Source of the DNA: Octopus vulgaris
Taxonomy: Eukaryota
Reading direction: 5' to 3'
NCBI GenBank assembly: GCA_951406725.2
Contig: OX597839.1
Location: forward strand, 41,044,001-41,108,000
DNA length: 64,000 bases
Positions 1-14,304 of the stretch are shown in pieces (within the stretch, counting starts at the first letter, position 1; every line of letters starts with the position of its first letter). A program made the translations under genes and the position numbers. The notes beneath the pieces are model-generated. The model was not told where the DNA came from. It worked only from the letters and a program-made list of their open reading frames with translations, and made no database searches.

Positions 1-46
1 AAATTCCCTCATCACCATCTTCATCATCATCATCATCATCACCATC

Positions 47-79
<33 letters not shown>

Positions 80-286
80 TAATATCTGTCTTCCATCCTG
101 ACTCGAATTGGATGGTTCAACAGTATCTGCCAAGCTGGAGTCCCTGTGTTGGCTCTGGAACAGCTTCTACTGCTGGGTTCCCTTCCTGACACCAACCACT
201 TTACAGAGTCTACTGGCTGCTTTTTCCTGTGGCTCCAGCATTAGTGAGGTTGCCAAAATAACTGACAAGGCAAAAAAATATCCTCC

Positions 287-495
287 TCGACTCTGTAGAT
301 GTGTAGTAGATAGGAAAGTGGCTCTATGCCTGATAACACTGCCTGACCCATACAAGGATAGAAAAGTGGTCATTTAGATGATGATTATAACGATGAGTGG
401 TCATCTAAATGACCACTTTTCTATCCTTGTATGGGTCAGGCAGTGTTATCAGGCATAGAGCCACTTTCCTATCTACTACACATCTACAGAGTCGA
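287..495. repeat. Perfect inverted repeat, 95-bp arms with 19-nt spacer
   Basis: 287-381 is the exact reverse complement of 401-495 by base-by-base reading. Confidence 0.9.
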
Positions 496-544
496 CAAAG
501 AAAAGGACGTAAATAGCAAAATAACAATGTACTTTTATGTGTGA

Positions 545-617
545 GCCTCCATAGCTCAGAGGTTAGAGCACTGGTCTTGTAAACCAGGGGTCGTGAGTTC
601 AATTCTCACTGGGGGCT
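545..617 (+). tRNA. tRNA-Thr(TGT), copy 1
   Basis: 73-nt cloverleaf: acceptor GCCTCCA/TGGGGGC, A box TAGCTCAGAGG, anticodon arm CTGGT-CT-TGT-AA-ACCAG, T loop GTTCAATTC; T6 Pol III terminator at 624-629. Confidence 0.95.
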
Positions 618-1011
618 TTGGTATTTTTTACATCTTTTTCTTTTATTTCCAGTTGTCATTAATCATCATGATCATCGTTATAATCATCATCTAAATGACC
701 ACTTTTCTATCCTTGTATGGGCCAGGCAGTGTTACCAGGCATAGAGCCACTTTCCTATCTACTACACATCTACAGAGTCGAGGGGGATATTTTTTTGCCT
801 TGTCAGTTATTTGGCAACCTCACTAATGCTGGAGCCAGAGGAAAAAGCGGCCAGTAGACTCTGTAAAGTGGTTGGTAGAAGAAAGGTCCTGAGGGATAGA
901 AACCATTCCAAAGCAGACATAGGGACCCAACCCAGTCGTCCATCTTGGCAGATGCTGTCAAGACATCCAATCAGTATCAGCAGGGAAGACAGACTCTAGA
1001 TGATGAGGATA

Positions 1012-1280
<269 letters not shown>

Positions 1281-1559
1281 CATGATAAGGGGGAAGAGCG
1301 GGGAGCAGGGCATATTGGTGTGTCTATTGTACATGGTGATTGATTGATTGATTGATTGACTGGACAATTGATCTCTTTATCAATTGATCAAGAAATCCAA
1401 AGTCAAGAAATGTGTCAAACACCGTGTATTTATGGTGACACACAGACAGACACGTATTATCCTCATTCACAATAATCAATAGATCCAATGTACGGTGACT
1501 ATTAGAGCGACAAAGAAAAGGACGTAAATAGCAAAATAACAATGTACTTCTATGTGTGA

Positions 1560-1632
1560 GCCTCCATAGCTCAGAGGTTAGAGCACTGGTCTTGTAAACC
1601 AGGGGTCGTGAGTTCAATTCTCACTGGGGGCT
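1560..1632 (+). tRNA. tRNA-Thr(TGT), copy 2
   Basis: Identical to copy 1, followed by an oligo-T terminator; shares about 50 bp of 5' flank and about 110 bp of 3' flank with copy 1. Confidence 0.95.
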
Positions 1633-1897
1633 TTGGTATTTTTTTTACATATTTTTCTTTTATTTCCAGTTGTCATTCATCATCATGATCATCGTAATAA
1701 TCATTATCTAAATGACCACTTTTCTATTCTTGTAAGGGTCAGGCGTGAAGAATGATTTTCTATAGTCAGGTGTCCCTATCTGTTGCCAAGAAAGCTAATA
1801 TTTCTCCAAGGCTTGACATATTTATGGAGACACAAACACATGCATATATATATACATACACACACATGCAGACATACTTAAACACATATGTATGCAT

Positions 1898-1931
<34 letters not shown>

Positions 1932-2197
1932 TGAATTTGTCATTCTGGATCCCAAAATGAAGTTTCACTGTTAGGCTCAATATCATTGATTATCGTTGAC
2001 CCAAATACTTCTGACCCTTGTTTTACAATGTATTGAATCCTTCTATCCTGCCATCTTTTTTGTCAACTCAAACGGGGACACACAGACACACATGTTTTTC
2101 ACTTAGACAGAAATCAATAAATCCAACACAAAGTGAAAAATAGAACCATTAAGAAAAGAATGGAAATAGCAATACAAAATAAGCAGACTCTGCATAA

Positions 2198-2270
2198 GCC
2201 TCCATAGCTCAGAGGTTAGAGCACTGGTCTTGTAAACTAGGGGTCGTGAGTTCAATTCTCACTGGGGGCT
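2198..2270 (+). tRNA. tRNA-Thr(TGT), copy 3
   Basis: Same sequence except ACCAG>ACTAG in the anticodon stem (G-C becomes G.U); oligo-T downstream; 3' flank homologous to copies 1 and 2, 5' flank different. Confidence 0.9.
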
Positions 2271-2376
2271 TTGGTGTTTTTTACATTTTTTTATTTTATT
2301 TCCTGTTGTCATTCATCATCATGATCATCATCATCTAAATGACCACTTTTCTATCCTTGGATGGGTCAGGCAGTGT

Positions 2377-2740
2377 TTATGAAGAATGAAGTTTATGGAA
2401 GACTTCAGGGTTGCAAATGATACAAAATCCCTTGCCCTTATCATAAGGAAAAGATATGGACAGGATGAACGAATCTAACTTAAAATCTTTATTGTTGTCT
2501 TTAAGATGCCAAACCAATTTACTTAGCCCTGTGCTATGGCGTTTTCTGCTATCCCTAAATGATGAATAATGATTTGAAATTCTCTTAGATAACTGCGAAG
2601 AGGATGCGCCTATGTAGAAGTACACATCGGTATCGCAAGAAATTTTACATTGGTATATAGAATTCTTGATCTTAGAATTATTAGACATAAATTTAATTCT
2701 GTTGGGGTTGTCCTCAGAGATCAAAAACCATGTTTTTATT
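2377..2740 (-). mobile_element. Penelope-like element GIY-YIG endonuclease remnant
   Basis: Translation contains SIYQCKI...FYIGASS..LSKRISNHYSSF....RHSTGLSKLVWHLK...IL...PY......CIICNPE: the GIY/YIG motifs, conserved R..H and C-terminal CxxC..E of PLE endonucleases. No RT part present. Confidence 0.8.
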
Positions 2741-2765
2741 GCTATCATCGTTATTATTATTATTA

Positions 2766-2821
<56 letters not shown>

Positions 2822-2832
2822 ACTATTATTAT

Positions 2833-3390
2833 TGAGTGAGAGAGCAGTGCATGCCATCAAAGTGACACTGGGGTAAAATATACGAAGCCCAATATACCCA
2901 TCATGACTACCCGTCTGATAAAGGTACACCAGGCACATGCATCACAACCATATGTGCGCGACATGGTGATCTCATATCAAGATAAACAGCACATGACCTT
3001 GCAGGTGGGGGCCCAGTTAGAATTTTCTTCAGGTTGAGTAGCCCATCCCGCTCAAAAGGTCCCTGAATAAGGGTTGTTTAAGGATGTTGAAAGAACCACC
3101 CATGTTTCCAGAGGTGAGTTATTCAAACCCCAAAGAATCCCTCTCAACACATGGCTATGATGCTCCCCCACTACTTCTGCTCGTGATCAGAGATGCACAT
3201 ATCGTCAGCCACTAAGGGACATGCTCAACTGGTTAAGGTCAAACAACTGACAAGCAAATCTGTGGTATTGAGCAGAATATTTGCTGTAGCCCATCTTTTA
3301 TACCAAGACAAAACAATGTACATGTTAACACCTCCAATCAGTTAAGATCAGAAGCCATGAGAGCCACTGCCTGGTACTGCATCAGGGCAT
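2833..3390 (-). mobile_element. 5'-truncated non-LTR retroelement 3' end within (TAA)n, possibly Dong/R4-like
   Basis: Same sequence at 44393-44665 and 45070-45620; all three share one end and are bounded by (ATT)n. Family name inferred from the (TAA)n targeting only. Confidence 0.7.
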
Positions 3391-3392
3391 TC

Positions 3393-3423
<31 letters not shown>

Positions 3424-3425
3424 AC

Positions 3426-3485
<60 letters not shown>

Positions 3486-3566
3486 TAATACTATTAATAC
3501 TACTTTGAAACATATGTCGAAAGTAAAAGAATTTTAATAATATCTTTGTTCAACTCCATTTTTTTA

Positions 3567-3600
<34 letters not shown>

Positions 3601-3603
<3 letters not shown>

Positions 3604-4115
3604 TCATCATCATCATCATCATTTAGCGTCCGTTCTCCAAGCTAGCATGGGTTGGACGGTTCTACTGGGGTCTGTGAAGCTGGAAGGCTTCATCAGGCTC
3701 AGTCAGATCTGGCAGTGTTTCTACGGCTGGATGCCCTTCCTAACGCCAACCACTCCGTGAGTGTAGTGGGTGCTTTTTGCGTGCCACCTGCACAGGTGCC
3801 AGACAGAGCTGGCAAATGGCCACGAACGGATGGTGCTTTTACGTGTCACCGGCACGGGGCCAGGCGAGGTTGGCAACGGACACGAACGGATGGTGCTTTT
3901 ACGTGCCACCAACATGGGGGCCAGACAGAGCTGGCAAACGGCCACGAAACGGATGGTGTTTTTACGTGTCACCGGCACGGGGGCCAGGCGAGGCTGGCAA
4001 TGGACACGAATGGATGGTGCTTTTACATGTCACCGACATGGGGGCCAGACAGAGCTGGCAAACGGCCACGAACGGATGGTGCTTTTACGTGTCACCGGCA
4101 CGGGGGCCAGACAGA
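3601..4115 (-). mobile_element. SINE-like family C with (GAT)n tail and internal ~60-bp tandem units
   Basis: Homologous to 11960-12414(+), 58062-58550(-), 15311-15546(-), 9527-9686(-), 56295-56465(-), 54720-54830(+). The end GGACGCTAAA-(GAT)n resembles RTE-clade LINE tails. Confidence 0.8.
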
Positions 4116-4159
4116 GCTATATACATATATATAGACAGTTAGATAGATAGATAGACAGT

Positions 4160-4232
<73 letters not shown>

Positions 4233-4515
4233 TGATAGATAGATAGATAGATAGATAGATGGAGAGGGAGAGAGAGAGATATGTATATCTTTGTATATAT
4301 TATATTCCCTTGGACTATCTGCTCCTTCCTCCTTTTTCTCTTCTCTGGACTTTTCCCCCCATCCAACGAAGACCCATGCTCCCATGCTCGTAATGACATT
4401 TCTACTCCTATTTTCCCGTCTAAAATTTTCAATGAGCGTTAATCTAATATATTCACTGTGTACAACCAATTGACTTTTGTTGTTTTTTTCCTGACTTTTT
4501 GTTCATTGATTTGCC

Positions 4516-6580
<2,065 letters not shown>

Positions 6581-6829
6581 TTTGTGTGTGTTAAAATCAA
6601 AAAGTATTTAAAAACAAAGAAGAGCAACACTGAATGAATGAAATAGGATGAATGTGGAATTAGTTCAATGTTTGAAAAGTTAAAATGATTTAATGTTTTC
6701 AGATGCAAGTCTTTCATTAGAAAACGAAAGTGAAACTTATTGAAGAAGAGAGAGGAAGAAAGAAGCACTGAGTATAGAGATCCACAAACACACTCACACA
6801 CACACACATGTATATATATATATATATAT

Positions 6830-7028
6830 AGGCATGGCTTTTTGGTAAGAAGCTTGCTTCCCAAGTGTACGGTTCTGGATTTAGTCCCACTGTGTGGAAC
6901 CCTAGGCAAGTGTCTTCTACTATAAATTCAGGCCAAACCAAAGCCTTGTAAGTGGATTTGGTAGATGGAAACTGAAAGAAGCCCATCATATATATGTGTG
7001 TGTGTTTGTGTGTGTGCCTGTGTCTGTG

Positions 7029-7060
<32 letters not shown>

Positions 7061-7098
7061 TGTATGTATGTATGTATGTATGTATGTATGTATGTATG

Positions 7099-7129
<31 letters not shown>

Positions 7130-7190
7130 GTATGTATGTATGTATGTATGTATGTATGTATGTATGTATGTATGCATACATGTATGTATG

Positions 7191-7221
<31 letters not shown>

Positions 7222-7250
7222 GTATGTATGTATGTATGCATGCATGCATG

Positions 7251-7281
<31 letters not shown>

Positions 7282-7294
7282 GTATGTATGTATG

Positions 7295-7325
<31 letters not shown>

Positions 7326-7482
7326 GTATGTATGTAAGTATGTATGTATGTATGCATGCATGCATGTATGTATGTATGTATGTATGTATGTATGTATGTA
7401 TGTATGTATGTGTGTATGTATGTATGTATGTATGTATGTAAGTATGTATGTATGTATGTATGTATGTATGTATGTATGTATG

Positions 7483-7513
<31 letters not shown>

Positions 7514-7686
7514 GTATGTATGTATGTATGTATGTATGTAAGTATGTATGTATGTATGTATGTATGTATGTATGTATGTATGTATGTATGTATGTATGTA
7601 TGTATGTATGTATGTATGTATGTATGTATGTATGTATGTATGTATGTATGTATGTATGTATGTATGTATGTATGTATGTATGTATG

Positions 7687-7717
<31 letters not shown>

Positions 7718-8340
7718 GTATGTATGTATGTATGTATGTAAGTATGTATGTATGTATGTATGTATGTGTGTATGTATGTATGTATGTAAGTATGTATGTA
7801 AGTATGTATGTATGTATGTATGTATGCATGTATGTAAGTATGTATGTATGTATGTATGTATGTATGTATGTATGTATGTATGTATGTATGTATGTATGTA
7901 TGTATGTATGTATGTATGTATGTATGTATGTATGTATGTATGTATGTATGTATGTATGTATGTATGTATGTATGTATGTATGTATGTATGTATGTATGTA
8001 TGTATGTATGTATGCATGCATGTATGTATGTATGTATGTATGTATGTATGTATGTATGCATGCATGTATGTATGTATGTATGTATGTATGTATGTATGTA
8101 TGTATGCATTTGTGTGTCTGTATGTATGCATTTGTGTGTCTGTATTTATCACCTCACCATCACTTGACAGCTGATGTTGGTGTGTTTACGTACCTGTAAC
8201 TTAGCAGTTCAGCAAAAGAGACCAATAGAATAACTACTAGACTTACAAAGAACAAGTCCTAGGGTCGATTTGTTCAACTAAAGGCGATGCTCCAGCATGG
8301 CCTCCGTCAAATGACAGAAGCAAGTTAAAGAGTAAAAGAA
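6830..8340 (+). mobile_element. SINE family A copy with ~1.1-kb internal (TATG)n expansion
   Basis: 5' half at 6830-6990 and 3' half at 8150-8340 match other family A copies; the internal microsatellite is expanded at about 7030-8105. Confidence 0.8.
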
Positions 8341-8531
8341 TGTAATATTTTAGAGCAATGAGTATACATTAATTAGTGTGTTGATGTGTTGAGTAAAGCA
8401 CTGGCACAGTTTCGGGCTATCTGGTGTCATCGGCAGTTGGAGTATATTTCTTTTGGATCTACTTCAGGAATTCCACAGTTTTAGTTGAGATAATAATTGA
8501 TTAAGTAAACAGTAGATGGAATTGGTATAAC

Positions 8532-8943
8532 TCTCTTTACTCTTTTACTCTTTTACTTGTTTCAGTCATTTGACTGCGGCCATGCTGGAGCACTGCCTAT
8601 AGTCGAGCAAATCGACCCCAGGACTTATTCTTTGTAAGCCCAGTACTTATTCTATCGGTCTCTTTTGCCGAACCGCTAAGTAACGGGAACGTAAACATAC
8701 CAGCATCGGTTGTCAAGCAATGCTAGGGGGACAAACACAGACACACAAACACACATACATATACATATATATACATATATACGACAGGCTTCTTTCAGTT
8801 TCCGTCTACCAAATCCACTCACAAGGCATTGATCGGCCCGGGGCTATAGCAGAAGACACTTGCCCAAGATGCCAGGCAGTGGGACTGAACCCGGAACCAT
8901 GTGGTTGGTTAGCAAGCTACTTACCACACACCCACTCCTACGC
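8532..8943 (-). mobile_element. SINE family A (tRNA-derived head, CORE-like segment, internal (TA)n(TG)n)
   Basis: Head GGAGTGGCTGTGTGGTAAG (A box) and GGTTCAGTCCC (B box), CTTGGGCAAGTGTCTTC, tail GACTGAAACAAGTAAAAGAG. Confidence 0.85.
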
Positions 8944-9107
8944 ATTTATTTTGTAGGACGATCATTTCAGCCCATCCTGCAACTGTCCTTTATGTTCCAT
9001 CAAACTTGCAGTCTGGGTCACATCAGGTACATTCATACATAAAGTGGAGTCTCGCTAAAGATCTTGATTTTGGGCAGTCATGTTGTTATTTGCCCGCTTC
9101 GTTTAGG

Positions 9108-9140
9108 TTAATGAGACAGGCAAGTTAGGCAGTGCCTACC
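9108..9140 (-). CDS. Candidate last coding exon of orphan minus-strand gene (GRHCLTCLSH*)
   Basis: Branch point TACTAAT, acceptor TTTTATTCAG, stop TAA at 9110-9108, AATAAA at 8950-8945. Confidence 0.35.
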   Translation of the reverse strand, partial: GRHCLTCLSH

Positions 9141-9701
9141 CTGAATAAAATTGATCATTAGTAACATTTTCCTCTCATGGAAAAATATGCACCTAATTCA
9201 ATAAAATTATGAAGGTTACTCTGATTATTATGCATAAAATGCAAAATGTTTATTTCCTTATAGATTAGGTAGGCATAATTTGCCCCTGCTTTTCAATCTC
9301 AGTATTTAAGCTATGCATAGTAATGCTGTAGTACACATGCTGCATGCACTCCTACAACACTGTTTTCATTACGGGCTATAAAGGCAGAAGTAAATCTGCC
9401 TTCAACTCAGTCGCACGTCTGTGTTTCGCTTATTTTTTTGTGTTTTTCTACATAAACATCTCCAACTGCCTACCTTGAGTAATTACTGACAGCACGTGCC
9501 TGATACATATATATATATATATATGTCATCATCATCATCATCATCCTTTAACGTCTGCTTTCCATGCTAGCATGGGTTGGACGATTTGACTGAGGACTGG
9601 CGAACCAGATGGCTGCGCTAGTCTCCAATCTGATCTGGCAGAGTTTCTACAACTGATTGCCCTTCCTAAAACCAACCACTCCGAGAGTATATATATATAC
9701 A

Positions 9702-10098
9702 GTGCGCAGGAGTGGCTGTGTGGTAAGTAGCTTGCTTACAAACCACATGGTTCCGGATTCAGTCCCACTGCGTGGCACCTTGGGCAAGTGTCTTCTACTA
9801 TAGCCTCGGGCCGACCAAAACCTTGTGAGTGGATTTGGTAGATGGAAACTGAAAGAAGCCCGTCGTATATATGTATATATATATATATGTGTGTGTGTAT
9901 GTGTGTATGTTTGTGTTTGTCTCCTAGCATTGCTTGACAACCGATGCTGGTGTGTTTATGTCCTCGTTACTTAGCAGTTCGGCAAAAGAGACTGATAGAA
10001 TAAGTACTGGGCTTACAATGAATAAGTCCCGGGGTTGAGTTGCTCGATTAAAGGCGGTGCTCCAGCATGGCCACAGTCAAATGACTGAAACAAGTAAA
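9702..10098 (+). mobile_element. SINE family A
   Basis: Full-length match to other copies. Confidence 0.85.
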
Positions 10099-10620
10099 AA
10101 ACAATATATATATATATACACACACACACAAACATACACACACACAGATAGATAGATCGATAGATGAGAGAGAGAAAGAAAGTGAGAGAGATGGATGGAT
10201 GGATGGCTAGCCAGAGAGACAGACAGTTAGATAGAAGGGGAAGACAGACAGACAGACAGTCAGACAAATATGCGTGCATGCATATATAAATGTCGGTATA
10301 TATGTAGGTGTATGTATGTGTGCATATGTGTGTGTCTGTGTGCACATATGTATCTGGGTGTGGTATCTGATGTGCGTGTATATATATCAAAGTAAAGCTG
10401 GTTAATATTCCATCAGAGTTAACCAGCTTTGCATTAATAAATAATTATACTTTATAATAAAGCATTGAGTCTCTGGCTTTCATTAATGAAACAACATAAA
10501 AAACAATGTGTGTACCTATATGCATGTGTGTGAGTGTGTGTGTATGTGTGCGTGTATATCTAAGCGTATAATATACGTACATATATGTATATACATCTAT
10601 ATGTGTATGTGTATATATAC

Positions 10621-10674
<54 letters not shown>

Positions 10675-10817
10675 GCATACATACATACATACATACACAT
10701 ATATATGTGTGTTTGCATTGTTTATCTATATATACATACACATATATATTCATACAAGTGTCTGTGTATGTGTATATGTATTCACATGCATGTGTCTGTT
10801 AGTGAATGCTTGTAAGC

Positions 10818-10926
<109 letters not shown>

Positions 10927-11188
10927 GATATAAATCTCTCTCCTTCTTTCTCTCTCTTTCACTCTCTCTCTCTCTCTCTCTCTCTTTTAGACATACACAC
11001 ACACACAAACACATACACACACACACACAAGTTATTTTTGTTTTCAACCTTTTCATGAAAATAAAGAAAAAACCGTAAAACCCACAAAAGTATTCAATAC
11101 AAGAATATATATATTAAAAATTTACAGAACTTGCAGCTTGTATATATAATAACATGATTTTTAAGGCCCACATTTGAAGCTCGCTTAC

Positions 11189-11359
11189 AATGCATAAACC
11201 TTTTGAAACGGTCCAACTTAGACATAACATCTGGTATAGGTATATAATTAGGGCTGCTGACGGTTCATTGTGGCTTATGTTTCTGTGTATACCTATGCAG
11301 GCCAGGACTTCGAAGTCCCTGTCACCACTTTTCAGGTAAAAGTATAGAAAATATACACT
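11189..11359 (-). CDS. Candidate internal exon (171 nt, phase 0-0) of orphan minus-strand gene
   Basis: Acceptor CTTCTTACAG, donor GTAAGC; only the phase-0 frame is open. Confidence 0.35.
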
Positions 11360-11439
11360 CTGTAAGAAGTATATATGTATGATATAAAAAAAACCCAGGA
11401 ACTTTTCAGCACCCTCTTGTATGTGTATATATATATATA

Positions 11440-11660
11440 TCTGTTTCTTTATTGCCCACAAGGGGCTAAACATAGAGGGGACAAACAAGGACAGACAAAC
11501 GGATTAAGTCGATTACATCGACCCCAGTGCGTAACTGGTACTTAATTTATCGACCCCGAAAGGATGAAAGGCAAAGTCTACCTCAGCGGAATTTGAACTC
11601 AGAACGCAACGACAGACGCAATACCGCTAAGCATTTCGCCCGGTGTGCTAACGTTTCTGC
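11440..11660 (-). mobile_element. SINE family B (Meta-domain-like core)
   Basis: B box GAGTTCAAATTCC then GCCTTTCATCCTTTCGGGGTCGATAAATTAAGTACC; tail ends GGGCAATAAAGAA. Confidence 0.8.
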
Positions 11661-11674
11661 CATATATACATCTG

Positions 11675-11860
11675 TGCACGCCGTTCAATGCCGTGTATAC
11701 CTGAGGGTTTGCAAATCTATCAGAGGCCTCAAAAGACATTTTAAGATCCACAAAGTTCAGAACTTAACTGCAGCTCTTGGTGGTCCAAATCAGGTTAGCA
11801 ATTTATGTAGGTGGCTTTTAAAAACATTGCTTGGTTTAAAAAGCCACATCCGATGCCTTG
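11675..11860 (+). pseudogene. Two degenerate C2H2 zinc-finger motifs, probably a retrotransposon remnant
   Basis: QCRVYLRVCKSIRGLKRHFKIH and SNLCRWLLKTLLGLKSHIRC each lack at least one zinc ligand; resemble LINE ORF2 terminal fingers. Confidence 0.45.
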
Positions 11861-11959
11861 ATGGTTCAGTGTATTCCACTGTTGCAATGTTGAAATGAAT
11901 CTAGCGGGTTTTTGTCTGTTACTTAAATGGCTTAAAAACACTTTGCATGCTGCAATTAT

Positions 11960-12412
11960 TGTAGCTGTGATACTAGTGCCGGTGGCACATAAGAGAACCA
12001 TCCGAACGTGGCCGTTGCCAGTGCCACCCTGACTGGCCTCCATGCCGGTGGCACATAAAAACACCATCTGATTATGGCCGTTGCCAACCTCGTCTGGCCC
12101 CCGTGCCGGTGGCACATAACAAACACCATCTGATCGTGGCCGTTTGCCAGACTCGCCTGGCCCCCGTGCCGGTGGCACATAAAAAGCACCATCCGATTGT
12201 GGCCGTTTGCCAGCCTCGTCTGGCACCTGTGCAGGTGGCACATAAAAAGCACCCACTACACTCTCGGAGTGGTTGGCATTAGGAAGGGCATCCAGCAGTA
12301 GAAACACTGCCAGATCAGACTGGGCCTGGCGTAGCCTTCTGGCTTTCCAGACCCCAGTTGAACCGTCCAACCTATGCTAGCATGGAAAACGGACGTTAAA
12401 CGATGATGATGA

Positions 12413-12414
<2 letters not shown>
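11960..12414 (+). mobile_element. SINE-like family C
   Basis: Internal ~60-bp tandem units, ends GGACGTTAAACGATGATGAT. Confidence 0.8.
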
Positions 12415-12459
<45 letters not shown>

Positions 12460-12585
12460 GGGAAGGTTTACGAAAATAAACAAAAGACGAAGGCTGGTGG
12501 ATTACAAACAAAGAAATGTATTAGTATGGCACTCAGGAATAGAAATAGAACAAGTCTTTTACGTTTCGAATGTATGTATATAGAT

Positions 12586-12937
12586 CAGTGGTCCTCAACA
12601 GGGGTCCATATGGCCCTTGAAAGTCCATGGAAGATTTTGGGGTGTGTTCATGCAACAAAAGAATAAATTAGGGTTCTGCAATAGTATTTTAAGGGCCCCT
12701 GGAAAAAATCTTGATTTAGATTTATTTATTGCTATGTATTGCAAGAAACAGCTGGGTTTCTTTCTCTAACATTTTACATTGTGCAAACTACACAAGTGAA
12801 TGTGTGGGAAGCAAAATAGGAATTTTGAAAGAAGTTTCTATAAAACTAGTTTTTAAATATCAAATGGCAATGGGGGTCCACAGGAATAGAATAGAAATCA
12901 AAGAGGTTTGAATAATAAAAATGGTTGAAAACCCCTG
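12586..12937. mobile_element. hAT-type MITE
   Basis: TIRs CAGTGGTCCTCAAC / GTTGAAAACCCCTG; 8-bp TSD ATATAGAT at 12578-12585 and 12938-12945. Confidence 0.8.
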
Positions 12938-12939
12938 AT

Positions 12940-12970
<31 letters not shown>

Positions 12971-13705
12971 TGTTTCTTTATTAGCCACACAGGGCTGTAC
13001 ACAGACAGGACAAATTACAAGGTAGAGCTTTTCTTTTGGGGGTAAAAAAAGGGGGTTTGGTTTTCGATCAAAAGGGATCGTAAAAGGAAAGAAAGAGGGA
13101 AAAAGGGGGAGGGTAAAAAATAAAAGGAAAAGGAAAAAAAAATCGATCAATATGATAGATAGATAGATAGATAGCACAGAAATGGAAACAGATAGTTTTA
13201 GGCTGGCAATTGTATCGAGATACAGGAGACACACAGACAGATAGACCAAATGGAGGGTAAAGGTAGTGAGTGAGTGAGAAAACAACAGATGTAACCAGAG
13301 ATAATGGAGTTTCCAGGTAAACAATGAGTGATAAGGGTGGGCATAAAAATAGACAAAGATAGGAATTAAGAGAAAGGGTGGAGATAGAATGTTTAGAAAG
13401 ACAGGACAAGACACGGTAATAGCTGTGAGGTCAAGAGGCTCACTTTACAATCATGTGGTTTTCGGTTTGGTCCCACAGCATGGTACCTTGGGCAAGTGTC
13501 TTCTATTGTAGCTACGGGTTGACCAATGCCTTGTTAGTGGATCTGGTAGACAAAATCTATGTGAAAATCCATCGAGTATATATATATATAGTGTGTGTGT
13601 GTGTTTTATTTTTTTTATTTTTTATTTTTATTTTTATCTAGTTTCAGCTCACAAGCTGTGGCCATGCTGGGGCACCGCCATTTGGTGTTGCTACATGATT
13701 TTACT

Positions 13706-14090
13706 TCACGAATGCTTTTTAGCAATTGCCATTTGGTGCATGAGAGAGTTCGATGCAGCTGCCCTCATCTGCACCTCCTGCCGTGAAGTTGGTTCATCTG
13801 GGACACCTGACAAGAAGAGATCCAGTTTTATTTTAAAGACATCTGCATCCACCCCATGCAGGTCTCTTAGGTTTTTCGGGAGGATATTGAAGAGCTGTGG
13901 GCATCGGAAGCCCAGGCTATCACAGTATCTTGTCCTACATCTTGATGGCAAATTTGGAGTCCTTGGCACTATGCAGTGGCACCCAGTTCTGGCATTTGTG
14001 TAACTCTCGATGCCAAAGTTTGGGACAAGTCTTCCTAGGATCTTCCAGTTGTATATTATGGCATATCTTTCTCGCTTACGCCTGTGTGTG
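13706..14090 (-). mobile_element. CR1-group LINE ORF2 C-terminal remnant
   Basis: RERYAIIYNWKIL...PQLFNILPKNLR...FKIKLDLFLSGVPDEP is typical of the post-RT C-terminus. Confidence 0.8.
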
Positions 14091-14304
14091 AGTATATATT
14101 TTTTTTCAATGCGTATAAATAACAAGGAAAACATTTTTTTAAATAGTTACCAGGGTAGCAAAAGTTCACATAAGTGCCAAGGAAGTTACAGCCTACTTAT
14201 AAAGGTAGAAATTCCAGGGTTAAGTGAAATGCTTTTGTATGACATGGATAAATTAAGAAATGGAATCAAATGCAGTATAAACGATTTGAATAACACCTAT
14301 ACTT

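Larger units (their letters stand above)
70..1005. repeat. Outer inverted repeat (about 70-396 vs about 672-1005) enclosing tRNA copy 1
   Basis: Inner ~200 bp nearly identical in reverse complement; outer ~130 bp clearly homologous but diverged and ending in (CAT)n/(GAT)n tails. Confidence 0.8.

Noticed and set aside
3652-4150. 160-aa ORF (also 11795-12370, 58114-58602)
   Set aside because: Antisense reading of family C internal tandem repeats; several frames open.
6717-8199. Long ORFs of 300-434 aa (YIHT/MYVC repeats), also at 22.9-24.7 kb and 29.2-30.4 kb
   Set aside because: Translations of (TATG)n microsatellites.
10392-10432. Hairpin AAAGCTGGTTAA/TTAACCAGCTTT reminiscent of miR-133
   Set aside because: Stem only about 14 bp and the mature miR-133 sequence is absent.
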